DNA of 64,000 nucleotides from positions 1-64,000 of the forward strand of contig NIVC01002080.1 of NCBI GenBank assembly GCA_002269645.1. Reading direction: 5' to 3'. This DNA comes from Macrostomum lignano (taxonomy: Eukaryota). The notes beneath the pieces were generated by a model that worked only from the letters and a program-made list of their open reading frames with translations, made no database searches and was not told the DNA's origin. The position numbers and the translations under genes were made by a program. Positions within the stretch are counted from its first letter, which is position 1. Every line of letters begins with the position of its first letter. Positions 60,498 to 64,000 of the stretch are shown here, in pieces.

Positions 60498-60534
60498 AAT
60501 CAGGCGATCAGGTGCATATAAAATGGCTACTCAC

Positions 60535-60942
60535 TTAGCCTTCTTCTTGTCATCGGCACCGGAGCCGGCCGTGAGGTTTCGCCAGATGGAGGTCTGCCCC
60601 AGCTCAACGGACACGTTGAACTGCCCCTCACCGGCTTTGGGCTCGCCAACAGTGCTCATGGGGAGTTCCACGGTGACTGGCTGGTCGCCCCCGACTCCGG
60701 CCGAGTCGGAAGTGCCGGGTTTCTGCTTCCGGCCAAGATGCATGGGCGGCATGATGTCGTCCAGCCATTTCAGCTCCGTCTGGTCAAACAGGTAGTCCAG
60801 CGCCTTGCGAACGAAGCACATTGCCAGCACCATGATGGGGAACAGGATCGAGATCTTCTTGATGGCCTTCACCACCCACAGTAGCACCAGGCATAGCACC
60901 TGGATGATGGTGAACTTGTGCACCTGGGTCAGCTTCACGTGT
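60535..60942 (-). CDS. SLC4 transporter exon (last TMs and cytosolic tail)
   Basis: HVKLTQVHKFTIIQVLCLVLLWVVK...ILFPIMVLAMCFVRKALDYLFDQTELKWLDDIMP. GTGAGT donor at 60534. Confidence 0.92.
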
Positions 60943-61009
60943 CTGAGAATTGGGTGGGCGAACGTTCAGTTTTTTTAGTTTTCATCCGGCAGTTATAATT
61001 AAATGTCTG

Positions 61010-61765
61010 GAAAAGATAAAACGGATACTAGGGTGGAAGGATAGATATCCGGTGGGAGAATAGATACTAGGGTGGAAGAATAGATATCCGGTGGGAGAAT
61101 AGATACTAGGGTGGGAGAATAGATATCCGGTGGGAGAATAGATACTAGGGTGGAAGAATAGATATCCGGTGGGAGAATAGACACCATGGTGAGAGAATAG
61201 AAACCCGGTGGGAGAATAAATACTAGGGTGGGAGAAGAGATATTCGGTCCGAGAATAGACATTCGGTAGCAGAATAGATACTAGGGTGTGAGAATAGATA
61301 TTCAGTGGAAGAATAGATATTCAGTGGAAGAATAGATATTCTGTGGAAGAATAGATATTCAGTGGAAGAATAGATATTCAGTGGAAGAATAGATATTCTG
61401 TGGAAGAATAGATATTCAGTGGAAGAATAGATATTCAGTGGAAGAATAGATATTCAGTGGAAGAATAGATATTCAGTGGAAGAATAGATATTCAGTGGAA
61501 GAATAGATATTCAGTGGAAGAATAGATATTCAGTGGAAGAATAGATATTCAGTGGAAGAATAGATATTCAGTGGAAGAATAGATATTCAGTGGAAGAATA
61601 GATATTCAGTGGAAGAATAGATATTCAGTGGAAGAATAGATATTCTGTGGAAGAATAGATATTCAGTGGAAGAATAGATATTCAGTGGAAAAATAGATAT
61701 TCAGTGGAAGAATAGATATTCAGTGGAAGAATAGATATTCAGTGGAAAAATAGATATTCAGTGGG
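61010..61765. repeat. Compound minisatellite: ~40-bp dimeric units grading into the 19-bp unit GAATAGATATTCAGTGGAA
   Basis: Fills an SLC4 intron. Confidence 0.9.
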
Positions 61766-61872
61766 AGAATAGACATCCGAGTGACTAGAATTTTTTGAAT
61801 AGTCCACAATTTGAGAAGCCAAACAAAAAAAGAAAGGACAATTTAGACAACTAAAGAGCGCCGCCACCTCAC

Positions 61873-62079
61873 CTGAGATAGATGTAATCGGGCTGGTACT
61901 TCTGCGGCATGAAGAACAGGCCGATGCGCTGCACAAGCTGAATGCCGTTCAGCGAGGAGACGCCCATGAAGAGGAACACGCCGTAGAGCACGGGCATGGG
62001 GATGTTCTGCAGCACCGGAGTCATGAATACGGACAGCCCGATGAGCAGGAATATCATGAATCCCGTCAGGCGGTTCTCC
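61873..62079 (-). CDS. SLC4 transporter exon
   Basis: [11 protein letters not shown]...[26 protein letters not shown]...[10 protein letters not shown]. Phase 2-2. Confidence 0.93.
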
Positions 62080-62107
62080 CTGCGTGTTGGAGCGGGGAGG
62101 CAGACGC

Positions 62108-62552
<445 letters not shown>

Positions 62553-63512
62553 CTGCAGCCAAGGAACTTTGGCCGCTCTCCTGGCGCGGTCGATTCGCTT
62601 TCGATCTTCAAGGACATCACGTGATTGATGGACAGCACGGTGGCGGCCACGAACCAGGGGATGCCCAGCACGGAGTTGACGCCAATTAGGACGGCGACAA
62701 CCAGCAAATCCAGGTGATAGCCCAGCCCCTTCTTCAGCTTGTTCTCCTTCCTATTGACAATCACAGCCGTGATCTGCTGGTCCATAAAGATGAGGATCGT
62801 GGCCAGCAGAGCTGGGAACAGCGCAATTACGATGGTGTACCAAGGATTCTGGTTGCGGCGGCCCAGCGGAGTGATCAGCCAGCCCCGGGTCTCGTATCCG
62901 AGCGTGGGCTCAAAGATGGTGGGCACGTCGAGCTTGGGAGTGTGCAGCCCCATCAGCCTGTCAGCCAGCGTCATGAACACTATGGCCAGCATCACGGCGA
63001 AGTCGCTGATCAGCGAGCGGACAAAGTTCGGGAAGAAGCCGGAGTTGCGCATCATCTTCAGGCCGTAGCTGATGGCGAAGGTGCCAATGAAGAGCAGGCA
63101 GGAGAAGAAGAACACGTCCGGCACAGCGTAGGTGCCGCAGCCGCTGCCAAGCCACAGGCCCTGGTTCTGGGTGCAGGCTTTGTTGATGGAGAACCAGTCC
63201 CAGGTCCAGTAGTTCATTGCCGAGTAGTTGGCGAAGTAGCGCGGCTCGGCGGCCTTCTGGCTGGCATTCGCCCGCCAGGCTGGGTAGCTGGGCACGCGCA
63301 GGTTCTGGCCTGGCGGCAGCGGCTTCAAATTGGACTGGTTCACCTCCGGATCCTGGATGCAGGAGCAGTTGAAGTCCGGCCTGTAGTTCGGGTGCCAGCC
63401 GGTGTTTACCGGATAGTGGTTCTCGATTTTCAGCAGCTTCTTGAATGCCTCCACTATGAAAATGAGAGCGATCAGGCCGGCAAAGGACTCCTCGGTGAAG
63501 CGGGTGATGTAC
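62553..63512 (-). CDS. SLC4 family bicarbonate transporter (SLC4A7/8/10-like), internal exon
   Basis: YITRFTEESFAGLIALIFI, ILIFMDQQITAVIVNRKENKLKKGLGYHLDL and GIPWFVAATVLSINHV are HCO3_cotransp hallmarks. Phase 2-2; upstream exons lie beyond the window. Confidence 0.93.
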
Positions 63513-63714
63513 CTGAGTAGCAGTGGGGGTTGAGATCAATGCGACCTTTGCTCACTGCATTAACTCGCGAAATTTGGCGGTGAGAGAAGTTTGATTTCTT
63601 ATTTTTCTAGGGGGTGAGTAGCCTATAGAAGTTGCAGTCATCTATGTGGGTCTCTCTCGGATCTCATTCTTGGGAGTCTCTCTTGATACCTCACTCTAAC
63701 ACAGTATCTTAATC

Positions 63715-64000
63715 TCAAATCTCACTCTCAGATCTCACTTTTAGATCTACTCTCAGATCTCACTTTCAGATCTCACTCTCGGATCTCACTTTCAGATCTC
63801 ACTCTCAGATCTCACTCTCAGATCTCACTCTCGGATCTCACTTTCAGATCTCACTCTCAGATCTCACTTTCAAATCTGACTTTCAGATCTCACTTATAGA
63901 TCTCACTCTCAGATCTCACTTTCAGATCTCACTTATAGATCTCACTCTCAGATCTCACTTTCAGATCTCAGTTATAAATCTCACTCTCAGATCTCACTCT
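63715..64000. repeat. 13-bp minisatellite GATCTCACTCTCA
   Basis: Runs to the window end. Confidence 0.9.

Noticed and set aside
62714-63539. Alternative-frame and antisense ORFs over the SLC4 exon
   Set aside because: Shadows of the real SLC4 frame.

Overview
Eukaryotic (animal) genomic DNA. It has GC-rich exons with poly-Gln/Ala/Ser tracts, GT-AG introns, and introns dominated by minisatellites and transposons. This style suggests a macrostomid flatworm such as Macrostomum, which is an inference and cannot be verified here. Host genes: an 11-exon ARFGEF3/BIG3 orthologue (minus, 904-30378), single-exon TPGS1 (minus, 32749-33597), TMEM186 (plus, 41681-42394), a 5-exon melatonin-receptor-like class A GPCR (plus, 46557-49336), a 2-exon PTB/PH-like orphan gene (plus, 53195-55071), and the 3' four exons of an SLC4 bicarbonate transporter (minus, 59279-63512; the gene continues beyond the window). 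The 11.8-kb intron 8 of ARFGEF3 holds a P-element transposase relic, an unclassified decayed element, and a 6.7-kb EnSpm/CMC DNA transposon with intact 14-bp TIRs and a TA duplication. Other elements are two inverted copies of a 3.3-3.6-kb Helitron-like minisatellite carrier, an inverted SINE pair, several hAT-type MITEs, a mariner remnant and many tandem arrays. Most notable observations: (1) the EnSpm element carries an F-box/LRR region that runs in frame into the transposase N-terminus; (2) a CpG-stripped, TpA-rich domain surrounds the second Helitron-like copy and extends into the 5' half of TMEM186; (3) the inverted SINEs bracket a frame-preserving block of three ARFGEF3 exons. Exon boundaries were read by eye from splice signals and phase, and all homology calls come from remembered family motifs, not database searches.
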